A stretch of 64,000 nt of DNA. Origin: Eledone cirrhosa. Its lineage: Eukaryota. The notes below the pieces were generated by a model. It was not told the DNA's origin and made no database searches. It saw only the letters and a program-made list of their open reading frames with translations. Where the stretch lies: positions 26,908,001 through 26,972,000 of the forward strand of contig OZ024745.1 in assembly GCA_964016885.1 (NCBI GenBank), written 5' to 3'. A program made the translations under genes and the position numbers. This document shows, one piece after another, positions 26,655 through 40,194 of the stretch (position 1 is its first letter; each line of letters opens with the position of its first letter).

Positions 26655-27669
26655 GAGGAAAAAGGTTGGCAACCATCTTGCCCAGGTTTATGAGCATGAA
26701 AAAGAAATATCATTAGAATAGCCACTGATCTGGAGGAGAGATATGGAATAAAGCCTGATATAAATCTCTCACCCAGAGAAATCGGAAGATCCTATTCAAT
26801 GTTCAAACAAGATGAAAAAATTGACCAATTTACAGAAAAAGTTGTGCATGGATACTTGAGACGTAAAACACAGACCATAGAGGGGATAAACCACTCAAAA
26901 AGCCCGGCATGGAGTTCCGACAAGTTTATGACATCACACCTATGCAATACAGGAACAAGAACTCCCTACCAAATATCTGCTGCACAAAAGGAGAGGGACA
27001 TCAGCTGACAATAAATGTAGGCTATGTAAAACAAAGATCGAGGATGTAAGCCACATTGTTGCCAGCTGCGAAAGAATGTCATCTCGCTAGTACCTCCCCA
27101 TGAGACACGATGGGATAGCTAGAACCATCTGGAACGCACTTCGGAAAACAAAATTAACAACAAACGAGGAAGAATATATTGAGACAGATGGCACTAAGGA
27201 ATACTGGTGGAACCTGAAAATAAAAACTGCTACCAAATTAAAGCACAACCGGCCTGATATTGTTGTTTGGGACCACACATTGAAAACGTGTTCTGTTGTG
27301 GAGATCAGCTGCCCACTTGATGTAAACGTTGTCATAAAAATACAGGAGAAGGAGGACATCTACGGACCATTGATGAGGAATTTACAAATCCAGTATCCAA
27401 GATACACCTTTAACTTCATACCCATCATTATTGGAGCTACGGGTTATATACCAACCCGTTTGGACCAAAGTATAACTGAACTTGGATTTGCGGACAAAAA
27501 GCGCAGCTCCCTAATTCATAGTCTACAAATAGCTGCGATAGCTGGCACCTTCAAAATTTGCAAAACATTCTTGCGATTCAAGGGCGGACAATTTCTTTTC
27601 TTTTACAACCTTGCCACCAGGAAGGTGGCCGGTCAAAAATTATACTCGAAATTAAGAGAAAAAGATAAC
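26655..27669 (+). mobile_element. 5'-truncated R4-like RLE element (family 2) in (CATA)n
   Basis: KCRLC..SHIVASC, HNRPDIVVWD..VVEISCP, FIPIIIGATG; (CATA)n on both sides. Confidence 0.9.
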
Positions 27670-27792
27670 ATACATACATACATACATACATACATACATG
27701 CATACATGCATACATACATACATACATACATACATACATACATACATACATACATACATACATACATACATACATACATACATACATACATG

Positions 27793-30700
27793 TAGACAGT
27801 CAACGCGATCAGTCGCATATTTTGGCGTGGGAGACTATTTATTAAATTTAAGATGAATACTATCTCCGACAGTAATGCCACAACTACAGCCAGGTTGAAT
27901 AACTGGTTATTCTTCTAACTATCCCTTCTGAAGACACCTTTTATTCGAATTCATAGAGATATCCGACTAAATACATAATTCATTTTACAAAGATTTGCTA
28001 CAAACAGCATGGCTGAACACAACATCAACAACAAAATTAAGGAAGTACCGAAGTACAAATAACAAGGAAGGTAATCAAACATTATTCAGTTGTAGCTACA
28101 GAAGAAACCGAAATTATAAATCGCATTTCTCTTGGAGTTGCGAACTTAATAATGATTTATTTAATTGTTATAAAATGGCAAAAAACAATCCCTCCATTGG
28201 CTATATGAATAGAATGAAGCTACACTGGGACGAAATGCACCCAGAGCTAAATTATTTCACAGCGAAACAATTACGCCAACAAGCGACGTTTGTTGAACGT
28301 AAAAATAAGATAAATAGTATTAATCGTAAGTCCCGCACAACAAACATGTTATCAACAACACGTGCTACAGGTCGCCATGTTACTAGACTTCCTAGCAGCC
28401 AGGTCGAACAGCGCCTTGAAACTATGCCTGTAAGAAACTTGACACCACCTGTACCATCTAAGTCTACCTCGAATGCTGGGGTAAACACTATCGATAATAA
28501 TAATAATCGAAGAAATTTGACACCATTCGAGTCTACCTCGACTATTGTGGAAAATACTATCGATAATGATAATCAAAAGTATAAACAATTGAAAATTTCC
28601 CTCAATGAAATCTTCCAGAGAGAAATTAACTCATGTATAAATATCTCTGTTGCTGAACGTGTTAAAACGACAATGTTGAATAAAAAACCAAATAATGAAA
28701 TATTACGTGTTATTGACGAAATAGGGGATGAATATTTACGACGGATAAAAACCTCAACATTTTGGCAAATCAACGCCTATTTATATGCCTTAGCAACGAC
28801 AGTGAAGCGTTATCTTGGTGATAGCAGAGATATTAACAAGAATAAAACACCACCAAAAATACCATCATATATAACTAAAATAGAAAAAAGATTGCTGACC
28901 TACGAAAAAACATAGGATATGTGACAATGCTCCTTACATGCAAACAAACACAAAAAAAACCTCACTCCTCACCAACAAAGAGTGAAAAATAAAATAGAGA
29001 CGATGTTTGGTAACAGTAGAACCAGAACTCTCCAATATAAGCTGATCACCCTCAAACAAGAATTGAGAGCTGTCAGCGAAAAACGCAGATACCTGAAGAA
29101 GGTAGATGAGAGAAAAGTGCTTAATAAAAGATTCAGACGAAACCAAACATCAATCTATAGAGATATGAAGGGCAAAATAATAAGTGTCACTGAGGCCCCA
29201 TCCCAGAAAGACATAGATTCCTTTTGGAGAAAAATATGGGGCGAAAAGAAGAATTTCAACCAAGATGCAGTGTGGCTGAGAGAAATCTGAAAGAACTATT
29301 GCTCCTACACTACAACAAAAACATACGAAATAAGTGAGGGTACTCTTGAGACTGTGATAGGAAAACTCCAAGATAAGAAAACACCAGGAAGAGACATGAT
29401 GGTCGGCTACTAGTACAAAAAACTGATATTCTATCGGAGGTATCTTACTGACCTCTACCAACAAGTTCTTAAGGGAGATACACTTATACCAGAATGGTTG
29501 ACATTAGCACAAACATTACTGGTCCCCATGAACAAAGACACCCACTTGGCAAAAAACTACCGACCCATTGCATACCAGAACCTGATGTATAAGATGTATC
29601 CAGCCTGCCTGAACCTATTCCTCCAAGATCACTGTGAAAATAATAACATCATCACAGATGAACAAGCAGCTGGAAAGAAAGGGGTTTGGGATGTGCTGAA
29701 CAACTCCTAATCAACAAAACTGCGATGTCGGAGGTGCGACAACTTAGGATGAATATGACTACAGTCTGGCTGGACTACGGGAAAGCTTTTGATTCTGTTC
29801 CCCGCTCTTGGATGATAGAGGCCCTCCAACTTGCTAAAGTCCCAGACATTATTGTCAGAGCCATAGAGAGGCTGTCTTCTTCTTGGGCTACTATCCTAAG
29901 GTTAAAGACAGAGAGGGAGGACTCTATTTTCACTGATAAAATAAAATATTGCAGGGGTATATTTCAGGGGGACAGTCTCTCTGTGATATTATTCATCTTG
30001 TCATTAAACCCTTTGTCCTTTCTGCTCAAGAAATGTGAGGGATACATCATTGGCTCACAGGAGGACAGAAATACGAACCTAACCCATAATTTCTTTGTGG
30101 ACGATCTGAAACTCTATGCCAAGAACATGGATGGGATGAAGAAAAATCTTGACCTGGTTACAACGTTCTCAAAGGATATAGGAATGGAGTTTGGCCAAGA
30201 TAAATGCTCATACATGACTGTAAAGCGGGGAAAAACAACAACCCAATCTAGCAACATTGTCATCAATGGCCTAACTGTTTCACCGATATCTGATGAGGAC
30301 TGCTACAGATACCTGGGGATAGATGAGAACATATCCTATAATGGTATCTGTAATAAAGAACGAGTAACCAAGGAATACTACAGCCGATTAAGAAAGATCT
30401 AGTCATCGGAACTTTCTGCGCAAAACAAAACAGTGGCTCACAATGTGTTTGCTGTGCCTGTCCTAACACCAACGTTTGGAATACTCAATTTGACGATAGA
30501 CGAACTCCGAGCAGTTGATGTTGGAACTCGAATACTTAAAAACACCGGAAACTTCCACATCAACAGTGACATAGACCGCCTTTACTTGAAACGTAAGCAG
30601 GGAGGCAGAGGCCTAACATCAGTCCAGACAACATTTGAATGTCGAATCATATCTCTCCGACATCTACGAACCTCGAAGCGTAGGAGCCCGTTTCTCGAGC

Positions 30701-31885
30701 AAGTCTATCTGCATGAAACAGATAAGATCATGAGAGTTGGGAAGGAACTCCTCGATAGATATTCCCTGTGTGATAATCAAAAACTCACACCCAGGGATGT
30801 CGCTCAGCAGTATCGCAGTGAATCCATGGATGAAAAACTGCATGCCTATCAGCAAAAAATCATACATGGATATGTTGCCAGGAAGCTCCAGAGTGAGAGT
30901 AATATAGATAAGGAAAGTAGTCTATCTTGGACCAACAACCGCTATATTGGCTCCCACTTTGAAGGATACGCCTTTGCAATCCAGGAACAGGAGATTAGCA
31001 CGAAATACCTGATTCACAAAAGAGATAGGGATGCAGGCAAAACACCTAGATGTGATAACAAGTTCAGACTCTGCAGAACTAACATCGAGGATATCACCCA
31101 TGTCATCACCAGCTGTCCAAAGATGTCATCGCGGTACTATCTACCTATGAGGCATGATGTAGCGGCCAAAACACTGTACAATGCAGTTCGTAAAAAAGAT
31201 AGCCCTGATAATAAACACATTAAAAGCTACAGCAATGTGGAAGACATCCATGTACATAATATGAAAGGGTACTGGTGGAATGTTCCAGTAAAAACCCCAA
31301 TATAATGCAGGCATAACAGACCAGATATTATGATATGGGAGAGGGAGAAGAAAGCATGCACAGTAGTGGAAATTAGCTGCCCAGCAGATGCCAATATAAT
31401 ATCAAAGATTAGTGAGAAGGAGAACATTTATGCAGAACTGATGAGGAATCTGCAGATACTCCACACTGATTAGACCTTCAGATTTATGCCTGTGCTTATT
31501 GGAGCACTGAGGTATGTTAGTAACTGCCTCAATACAAATCTTGAGAAGCTAGGCTTCACAGGAACAGAAAGAACACAACTAGTTAGGAAATTACAAGTAC
31601 AATCCATTAATGGAACAGTAAAAATATGTAAGACATTTCAAGACTTTTGCATCTAATAACTGCATATGCACATATACAGATGCAAAGCATATACACATGC
31701 ACACATACAACTCAAAACATCCACATCCACACATACAATAACATCCATATCTACACATGCATGCATACGTACATACCTTGCTAGTTGATGCTGTGTAAAT
31801 TCCAATGAGAGAGTCTTGTGTCTATGTTAGAAACCGACTCTCTCTTTATTGGGAAAATTTGTGAAATTATAAAACCAGAAGAACA
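27793..31885 (+). mobile_element. Near full-length decayed R4-like RLE element (family 3) in (CATA)n
   Basis: R4-type N-terminus (W..ELN.DL..CY..NP..GY..RM..W), YRPIA, WLDYGKAFD, GIFQGDSLS, FFVDDLK, CCHC-like knuckle, HNRPDIMIW; multiple stops and frameshifts. Confidence 0.92.
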
Positions 31886-31899
31886 TACATACAGACACG

Positions 31900-32352
31900 G
31901 TGGCTGCCGTGAAGCTTTTATAGTGAGCAAAGGCACTGCACAAAGTCAGTCCCACTCTCTTAACTAAGATGATATTTACCAAAAGGAAGAACAAGTCAAC
32001 ATCATTGGATACCATCAGGGTTCCAGGTTATATATCAGAGTTTTCCTTTTCCTAGAATTCTGCGTTGACAAAGGCTAAGGAGTCATCTCTCCCGGTGATT
32101 TTGGATGGCTATTGACTATTAAGAGCTCCTTTGCCCTTTGACAGGTTTTGTTTTTAGTCCTGCAGGATGTCCAAAGTCACCCTCCTCACCAAGAAACCTT
32201 GGTGGGGTTGCCAGTTTAGTCGCCAGTTTAGTTGCCAGTTTAGTTGTCAGTTTACTCGCCAGTTTAGTTGCCAGTTTAGTCGCCAACGACCCGACCATGA
32301 GACAGGTTGTACTGGGATACATGTTACCAGTAGCACCAACTGGTGACCTGAC
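31900..32352 (-). mobile_element. Bipartite RTE derivative (3'-truncated) with amplified 12-nt motif
   Basis: Matches 10968-11352; about six tandem GGCRACTAAACT-like units at 32209-32284. Confidence 0.85.
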
Positions 32353-32396
32353 ATAAATACATACATACACACATATACACATACATACATATGTAT

Positions 32397-32697
32397 GGGG
32401 ATAAACCACTCAAAAAGCCTGGCATGGATACACCTTTAGCTTCATACCCATCATTATTGGAGCTACGGGTTATACACCAACCCGCTTGGACCAAAGTATG
32501 ACTGAACTTGGATTTGCGGACAAAAAGCACAGCTCCCTAATTCATAGTCTACAAATGGCTGCGATAGCTGGCACCTTCAAAATTTGCAAAACATTCTTGC
32601 GATTCAAGGGATGACAATTTCTTTTCTTTTACAACCTTGCCACCAGGAAGGTGGCCGGTCAAAAAAAATATACTCGAAATTAAGAGAAAGAGATAAC
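32397..32697 (+). mobile_element. Internally deleted 3' fragment of R4-like family 2
   Basis: Joins ~26882-26913 directly to ~27401-27669; long (CATA/CA)n tail to 33416. Confidence 0.85.
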
Positions 32698-33882
32698 ACA
32701 TACATACATACACACATACATACACACCTACACATATACACACATACATACATACATACATACACACATACATACACACACACACACATACATATACATA
32801 CACACACACACACACACATACACACATACATACATACATACATACATACATACACACATACACACACATACATATACACACATACACATACACACATACA
32901 TACACACACACATATACACACATACATACACACAAACACACAAACACACATACACACATACATACACACATACATACATACATACATACACACATACATA
33001 CATACATACATACATACATACATACATACATACATACATACACACCTACACATATACACACATACATACATACATACATACACACATACATACACACACA
33101 CACATACATATACATACACACACACACACACACATACACACATACATACATACATACATACACACATACACACACATACATATACACACATACACATACA
33201 CACATACATACACACACATATACACACATACATACACACAAACACACAAACACACATACACACATACATACACACATACATACATACATACATACACACA
33301 TACACACATACATACACACATACATACATACATACATACATACACACATACATACATACATACATACATACATACATACATACATACATACATACATACA
33401 TACATACATACACATACAGCAGCTTGTTTCTATGTTTCCAACAAGTCATACTCCCCATGAATGACATCATGAATGACGGAGCTGTTAAGATGTTCGATGT
33501 AAAAGAGTATAAAAGACGTTATAGTAACAATTATGAGAGAGGGACCAGAAACGTCTCCACCGATTTATATCTTCGTGGAAATACACGAAATACCTTTTAT
33601 ATGGATGACAAAAAAAAAGAACAAAAACTAGAATCGAAAGAAAGAAAAATAGAAGCCAAGTAATAAACAACAACAAAAGAATTGTTTGAAAATTTAAAAG
33701 ACGTTATCAGTCATTGTTGTTTGTTGTTGTTTGTTGTAGCATCTCATCGATTCCAACAACGGACGAGCATGCTCGTGAAATGAACGGGCAAATAGCTGAG
33801 CTTTCCACTGACACGTGTACACTTAACATACAACGGTCGACTGGAAATTTCATAGGCTGACCAACATACTCTCATGTATAAA

Positions 33883-33930
<48 letters not shown>

Positions 33931-33935
<5 letters not shown>

Positions 33936-34084
33936 AGAAAGTATGACCCCGACGGAAGAGCTCAAGCCGTTTCGACGCTATTTCTGAGCTCTGCCGTTGG
34001 GGTCATACTTTCTCCTATTACCCAATCTACTACCCTAAGTATTGAGTACTCTGGTGCGTTATGGTCCTTCTGGTGCCTTACCAC

Positions 34085-34088
<4 letters not shown>
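33931..34088 (+). mobile_element. PLE pLTR-like family C with 5' inverted segment
   Basis: Inverted 33931-33985, forward 33985-34088; (TA)n flanks. Confidence 0.75.
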
Positions 34089-34132
<44 letters not shown>

Positions 34133-36612
34133 GATGTCATCCCCAACACCATCAAGAACATCCGCTTACCAGTAAGCCTACGTACACCAGCCTTCCAAAA
34201 CACCACTAACCGCATACATCGCACGTGTATTAAACAGATCCTGAGACATCTCAACCGCCAATTACACGTCCATAAGCGGACACTCTCAGAGCGGACACAT
34301 CGGCTGCCAATAGCACCCGGAGACTTGCTCCTGAAAATCACTAAAGCAATCGCCCAGTGCTACCACTCCAGAGTCCAATACGAGAAAGAACGGCTCAAGC
34401 GAAAATATGAATGGATCTTGTCGAAACGCCACAACGAGAACATCGACACTAACGAACAGACGGACCAGAACCACGTGGAAAACAACAACTTAACAACCGC
34501 CACCGCCGCAACCACCAACACCGAGCCATACCTCAACGATGCGATGCACCTGGTCACCTACCTAACCGGCACTCTCACGAGCGACGAGCTGAAACTCCTA
34601 CACCTCGGACCTAAGTTCATCGTCACACAACGTCTCGACGACAGACTCAAACTCAACATCGAGGCCAACTTTTGTCGAGCCGCTTACCAACTTAAATGGG
34701 TGACCGCTATCAACAGCGCCACAGATAATAACAGCGCCGACACAACCCACCCCAAGTTCCCCACTTACCACCCCGATAACCCACTCCACCCCCACCCACC
34801 AACCACGAACTCGACACTAAACTCATCAGGCTAAAACACTCCATCTCGGATATACTTCACAAACACACACATACACGCACAACACATAACCTCACCAAAT
34901 CTCAACTCACCACTCTCTCCAACCTAAAATCGAAGAACCTCATCTATCTCCCCTCCGACAAGGGAAAAGAATTCTGCGTCATCAGCAGAGAGGCCTACAA
35001 CACCCTGGCCCTCCAACACCTTGACGATGACAACCTCTACTCCAAGGTCACGGGAATCACTCCCGCGCAGATAGAAGAACACATCAACTCCGCCTGGACC
35101 AACATCTGCGACCGGCGGAAGCTCCCGAAGAAGCTGAGATACAACCTCCTCACGAGGAACAGCAGACTACCCGCCTTCTACCACCTCGTGAAAACACACA
35201 AACAGGGACCCGACCTGAAAATCAGACCCATCGTATCGAGCGTGGAGGGACCACTCTACAAAATTTCATGGCTCCTAGCCAGAATACTCAAACCCATCTT
35301 AGACACCTTGCCGGGACACGTTAACAGCTCCGAGGAGGTGTTGAAGCGCCTGCATCAAATGGATCCCGACACCAGAAGGAATAACAGATATGCCTTCAGC
35401 CTTGATGTAGTCGCTCTCTACACCTCGGTCCCGGCACTCCCGGCCGTCAATATACTAATGGAACGCGTCCAATCCACCGACCTACACTGCTTCGGGATCA
35501 CCACCACTGACATCCACCAACTCCTATCCATCGTCGTCGACAACACCTACTTCGGATTCCTTGACCAAATATACCAACAAACCTCGGGATTGCCCATGGG
35601 ATCAAGTCTATCAGGTGTGCTAGCGATCTCCTACATGGACAACCTCGAACGCAAGGCACTCAACGCCTGCCACCCCAACGCCGTAGCCTTTTTCTCAAGA
35701 TACGTGGACGATATCCTCATCCTCACATCTTCCCAAGACACGGCGAACAGAATCTATGAGACGTTCAACAACACGGACGAGAACATTGACTTCAGTGTTG
35801 AACACCCCAACGAAGACGGGTCACTTGCCCTCCTCGACTTCCGAATCAACATCACGGAACAAGGAGGGATCCACTGCAACTTCTACAGAAAGGCAGCCTG
35901 CAGGGACCTGTTCGTTCACTACAAGTCCGCCCTCCCTAACAGTGCCAAAAGAGGATACATCACGAACGAGATCGCGCGAATCAAAGACAGATGCAGCGAT
36001 CCCGCGAGTGGTGTCACTCATACCAAGCGATTCCTAGAGGTGCTGGAGACGAACGGGTACCCTACCTCGATCACAGACAGAATAGGAGACACCAGACGCA
36101 AGTGACAGAGAAGCACCCAAGGCAAGTGCTTCCTTAAAATGCCGCACCTGGGCGAGAAAACCACCAACGCTATCCGCAAGGCTATACGGAGGGAGGGCCT
36201 CGACATCCACCTGGCCCACTCAGGCCCCTCCCTGCGAAGATGCCTCTCCAGGAAACCCGAAAAATCTACTAACGCATGCTCCCTCAGAGACTGCCCGATA
36301 CGCCATGCTAACTGTTGCCTACGCACATACGTCGTGTATAAGATAGAATGTGACAGGTGCAACCAATACTACATAGGTAGCACAATTCGACCTTTGCACA
36401 TCCGGATCAAGGAACACACTAAAACCAGGGCCTCGTCTTTCCGGAAACACATAGACAAATGCGGAAACAAAGACGGAAGGCCCATTGTCACAATTCTAGC
36501 GACTGAAAGAAACGTCGGCACATTACGTATCAAGGAAGCGCTTTTTATCAAACGACTGCAACCGCAAATAAACAACCGATCAGAGAGAAGCGAAATGAAA
36601 TGGCTGGTTTAA
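34133..36612 (+). pseudogene. PLE ORF (RT + GIY-YIG) with frameshift near 34780 and in-frame TGA at 36103
   Basis: LGPKF, PSDKG, KTHK..IRPIVS, SLDVVALYT, GLPMGSSLS, RYVDD, VVYKIECDRCNQYYIGST.R.L..RIKEH, KEALFI..PQIN. Confidence 0.92.
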
Positions 36613-37016
36613 GTTAACAAGCGATGCAACAACACACAACACACGCACACACACACACACACACACACGAAACAACTACACACACACACACACAGTAGCA
36701 TTCCACCATACGAACATACTACACTGCCAATACAGATGAACAAGGCAACAACACACACACACACACACACACACTCAAGCGAGACAACAACACACGCACA
36801 CACACACACAGTAACATTCAACAAACAGGCAGAGAATGGACTGACAGCTAGCGCCATCCCACTCCCTCATTCGGCCGCTGACCTCTGTACGACCGACCCC
36901 ATTTCACGCACACGCGCGCTCGGCCGAATACCTCAGATATTCAAATCAACAAACAGCGAAAGACGCATTCCGAGTTGTCCGACAGACAACCTTTTCCCCC
37001 ACCCCGGAAAAAAAAA

Positions 37017-37051
37017 CCCAGTTGATGGATGTGAATCCGAAATATATAGGG
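37017..37051 (+). ncRNA. Minimal type I hammerhead-like motif (variant or decayed core)
   Basis: cc-CAGTTGA-t-GGAT-gtga-ATCC-GAAA-TATA-TA-ggg at the expected pLTR position. Confidence 0.55.
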
Positions 37052-37601
37052 ACTATTAAATCTCTCCCAAGGTAACTCTCTCTTGTGTTGTTATTTTTAT
37101 TTTTATTTTTATCCTTTATACTCTTCCCTTCATTCTACACATCTCACACATGTTATACACACCACGCATCTCAACGTACACCCACTTACATCTCTCTCTC
37201 CACCACCGGACCTTGTTACCCGGAGATTTACCCATTTGCATTGTCGAGGCTTCCAAACGACCTAAAGATATTTACTTATATATATATATATATATATATA
37301 GGGAATGTATCACACGATGCGATTCCAGGTCCGACGAGCTTTTGATTCCAGAGTCGAGTTACATGGATACAGATCGAACCTTGAGCTGATCAATATATAT
37401 ACAATATATTAACAAATGGAAACTATATTTATAAAACCATATTTATTTTATTATACATATTTCAAGGGCCACCAAGGCAAATTATGGTGCGCTTTCATTT
37501 GTTAATATATTGTATATTTACTCCAAAACTGTTGAGTGTTTTATATTAGTTATAAAAATATTTTTAAGCTTGTTGTATCCTAACAAATTAAATATAACCT
37601 C

Positions 37602-37693
<92 letters not shown>

Positions 37694-37696
<3 letters not shown>

Positions 37697-37878
37697 ATGT
37701 CGGCTGAAACGTTCATATGCTGACCAAGATACTCTCATGGTTTATTTTTCAACATAGTCCATGGAAAGAAACAATGCAGTTATTGATAAGACGAATTGAA
37801 ATTAAAGCATGCAAGATTTCACAACCCTAGCATCTCTCCTTCATAGTCAGCCAATGAACTTTTCAGCAAGCCCTCATA
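37694..37878. mobile_element. Mariner-type MITE
   Basis: Same family as 8815 and 55344, opposite orientation. Confidence 0.7.
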
Positions 37879-37880
37879 GT

Positions 37881-38047
37881 CAGTGGGAGATTCAGCGTTT
37901 AATAAAGCGGACCTGTTGAATTACGAGTACAAATCATTTTTGCCAGCTGAATGTCTTGCTCGAGGACACAACACAGTAACGAGGAATCGAACTCACGACC
38001 TTAAGATCATAAGCCGAGTAGCCTAACCACTAAGGCACGTGCCTTCT
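37881..38047 (-). mobile_element. tRNA-derived CORE-like SINE (octopus OR/OK type), decayed
   Basis: Minus: B box GAGTTCGATTCC, TGTGTCCTCGAGCAAGACA; sibling at 48888-49010. Confidence 0.7.
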
Positions 38048-38618
38048 CAATAAAAACGAATAAATTGATAGAAAGTGCAATGGAAGTCAAGATGAAAGGG
38101 CTTAAAGGTCAGACGGACTGATTAAAGTTAAGCGGTAATTAGACAACTAAATATCTACTATCAATAACTATATCTAACTATGAAGTCAGTGATTCCTAAA
38201 TCAGTTTATTTATTTGTTTATTTGTTTATTAATTTATTAGTTTATTTTTCATTTGGTATTAGTAGTAAGTGTGATACGAGTATTAGGTTGGAATTTAGAA
38301 GAGTAACATTTTATCAGAAGAAAAAATGAAATAGTTTCGTATACGATTCGTGTTTAAGGAGCAACAAACGCGTTTTATCTACTTTATCTTCTTTTAAGTA
38401 CGTAATGTGTTATTCCTGTAAGTGGGTGCGCGTGAATATATGATTGGGTGTATGAGCATAGATACATGAGTGTGTGTGTGTTCGTGTTTTTGTGTGAGTG
38501 TTTGTGTCTTTGTGTATGTGTATTTGTGTGTTTGCGTGTATTTGTTTATATATGCACGCAAACATATATATTGATAAATATACATAGATATATGTATGTA
38601 TGTATGAGTGTATGTGTG

Positions 38619-38743
<125 letters not shown>

Positions 38744-38865
38744 GAATATGTGTGAGTGTATGAATGCGTTCGTGTGAGTTAAGGGAGTGCATGTAAGAAG
38801 TGATTTTTTTTTTTTGTATTTACATGTCTTATATAAAAATTAAATGAAAAATCCTTTATAAGACA

Positions 38866-38998
38866 TTGCGGTTGGGTTAACGAGTTCAGTTCGCATCTAC
38901 AGTGTTTCGGGTTCAGTCCTAGTGCATTGAGTGTTGGATAAGTACCCTCTACTTTAGCATCCGACTGGTCCATGCTTTTTAAGCGAAATTTGATTGGA
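38866..38998 (+). mobile_element. Old tRNA-derived SINE relic
   Basis: GCGGTTGGGTTAA..GGGTTCAGTCC. Confidence 0.45.
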
Positions 38999-39191
38999 AT
39001 TAGTCAAAGAGTAGATAAATAATGGAGCTCTGCAAGATAAGGTTTGTTTTAATGAAATTTGATATAAAATCATTAAATCGTTGTTTGTTTGTTATGTTTT
39101 CGTTATGTTCCAAGAAACATTGTTAGATATGTTATTTAGAATGTATTGGGAAAGGCTCTACAATTTAGTTTCAATTAATGTCTTTCTATCA

Positions 39192-39350
39192 AGGCGGTAA
39201 GTTGGTAGATGTGGTAGAACGTCGGATAGAATGCTTTGCGGTGCTCATTTCGGCTTCCTGCTCTCTGAGTTCAAATCCTATCGAGATCAACTTTGCTTTT
39301 CATCCTTTCGAGGTCGATTAAAACGTACCAGACAAGTACTGGGGTTGATT
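39192..39350 (+). mobile_element. Diverged SINE family A
   Basis: B box and body motif. Confidence 0.7.
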
Positions 39351-39778
39351 CTTCCTCTATATCTCTTCCTCCCTTCCATTTTCTCACACTCTCACTCTCT
39401 CTATCTCTATCCTTCTCTGGAAGAAATCTGCTGTATTGAGACCTGGAGAGGAGATGGGCTCTACCAGGTTTTTAAATTCTTTCGGAACGCCGTAAATCAG
39501 TACCGCGTCCCTACGACTCCCTCGGGAATTACGAGGACATTGCATGCAAAGTCTTTCTAAATTTGCGGTGGAGGTGATTGTTCGTGTAGTTTCTAGTTCC
39601 GTGAACTAGTGTATATCCACGGGATCTATTTTCAAAGCGAAACTAAATATGTGTCCGTCAAATAAATTATATATGACGTGTGTATACACATTTCTTGCGT
39701 ATACACATTTCTTGCGTATACACTTACGCTGTGTTTGGTTATATATATATTAATTCCAGACCCGTAAACTTAGTACTA

Positions 39779-39839
<61 letters not shown>

Positions 39840-39863
39840 TCCAGGCCGTTAAACTTAGTACTA

Positions 39864-40163
39864 TCTATATATCTAAAACAGAGAATGTCTGTCTGTCTGT
39901 CTGACTCCCTAAAACTCGAGAACCACCCAACCGATTGCTTTCAAACTTTACACATGTAATACTTATGGTCCTGTGAGTGTTTTGAGCAAAAGAAATTTAA
40001 AATTTTCAATGCGCTAGGGACCGCATTAGGCGATTTAGCGATCTCTCTCTATAATTCTTAGTCTTTCTTTTTAGATAGATACATAGATTTAACCTTGCGC
40101 CCTTATAATATCTGTCTGTATGTCTGGCTGTCTGCATGATGACATTATGGCGTCGCTGTGTGG

Positions 40164-40194
<31 letters not shown>

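Larger units (their letters stand above)
34131..37278 (+). mobile_element. Penelope-like element (C-terminal GIY-YIG) in (TA)n
   Basis: RT+EN ORF, CA-rich 3'UTR, minimal hammerhead-like motif, (TA)n on both flanks. Confidence 0.92.

Noticed and set aside
37320-37385. CCGACGA hammerhead-like motif (and CAACGA at ~49630)
   Set aside because: GAAA and stem III missing or unconvincing
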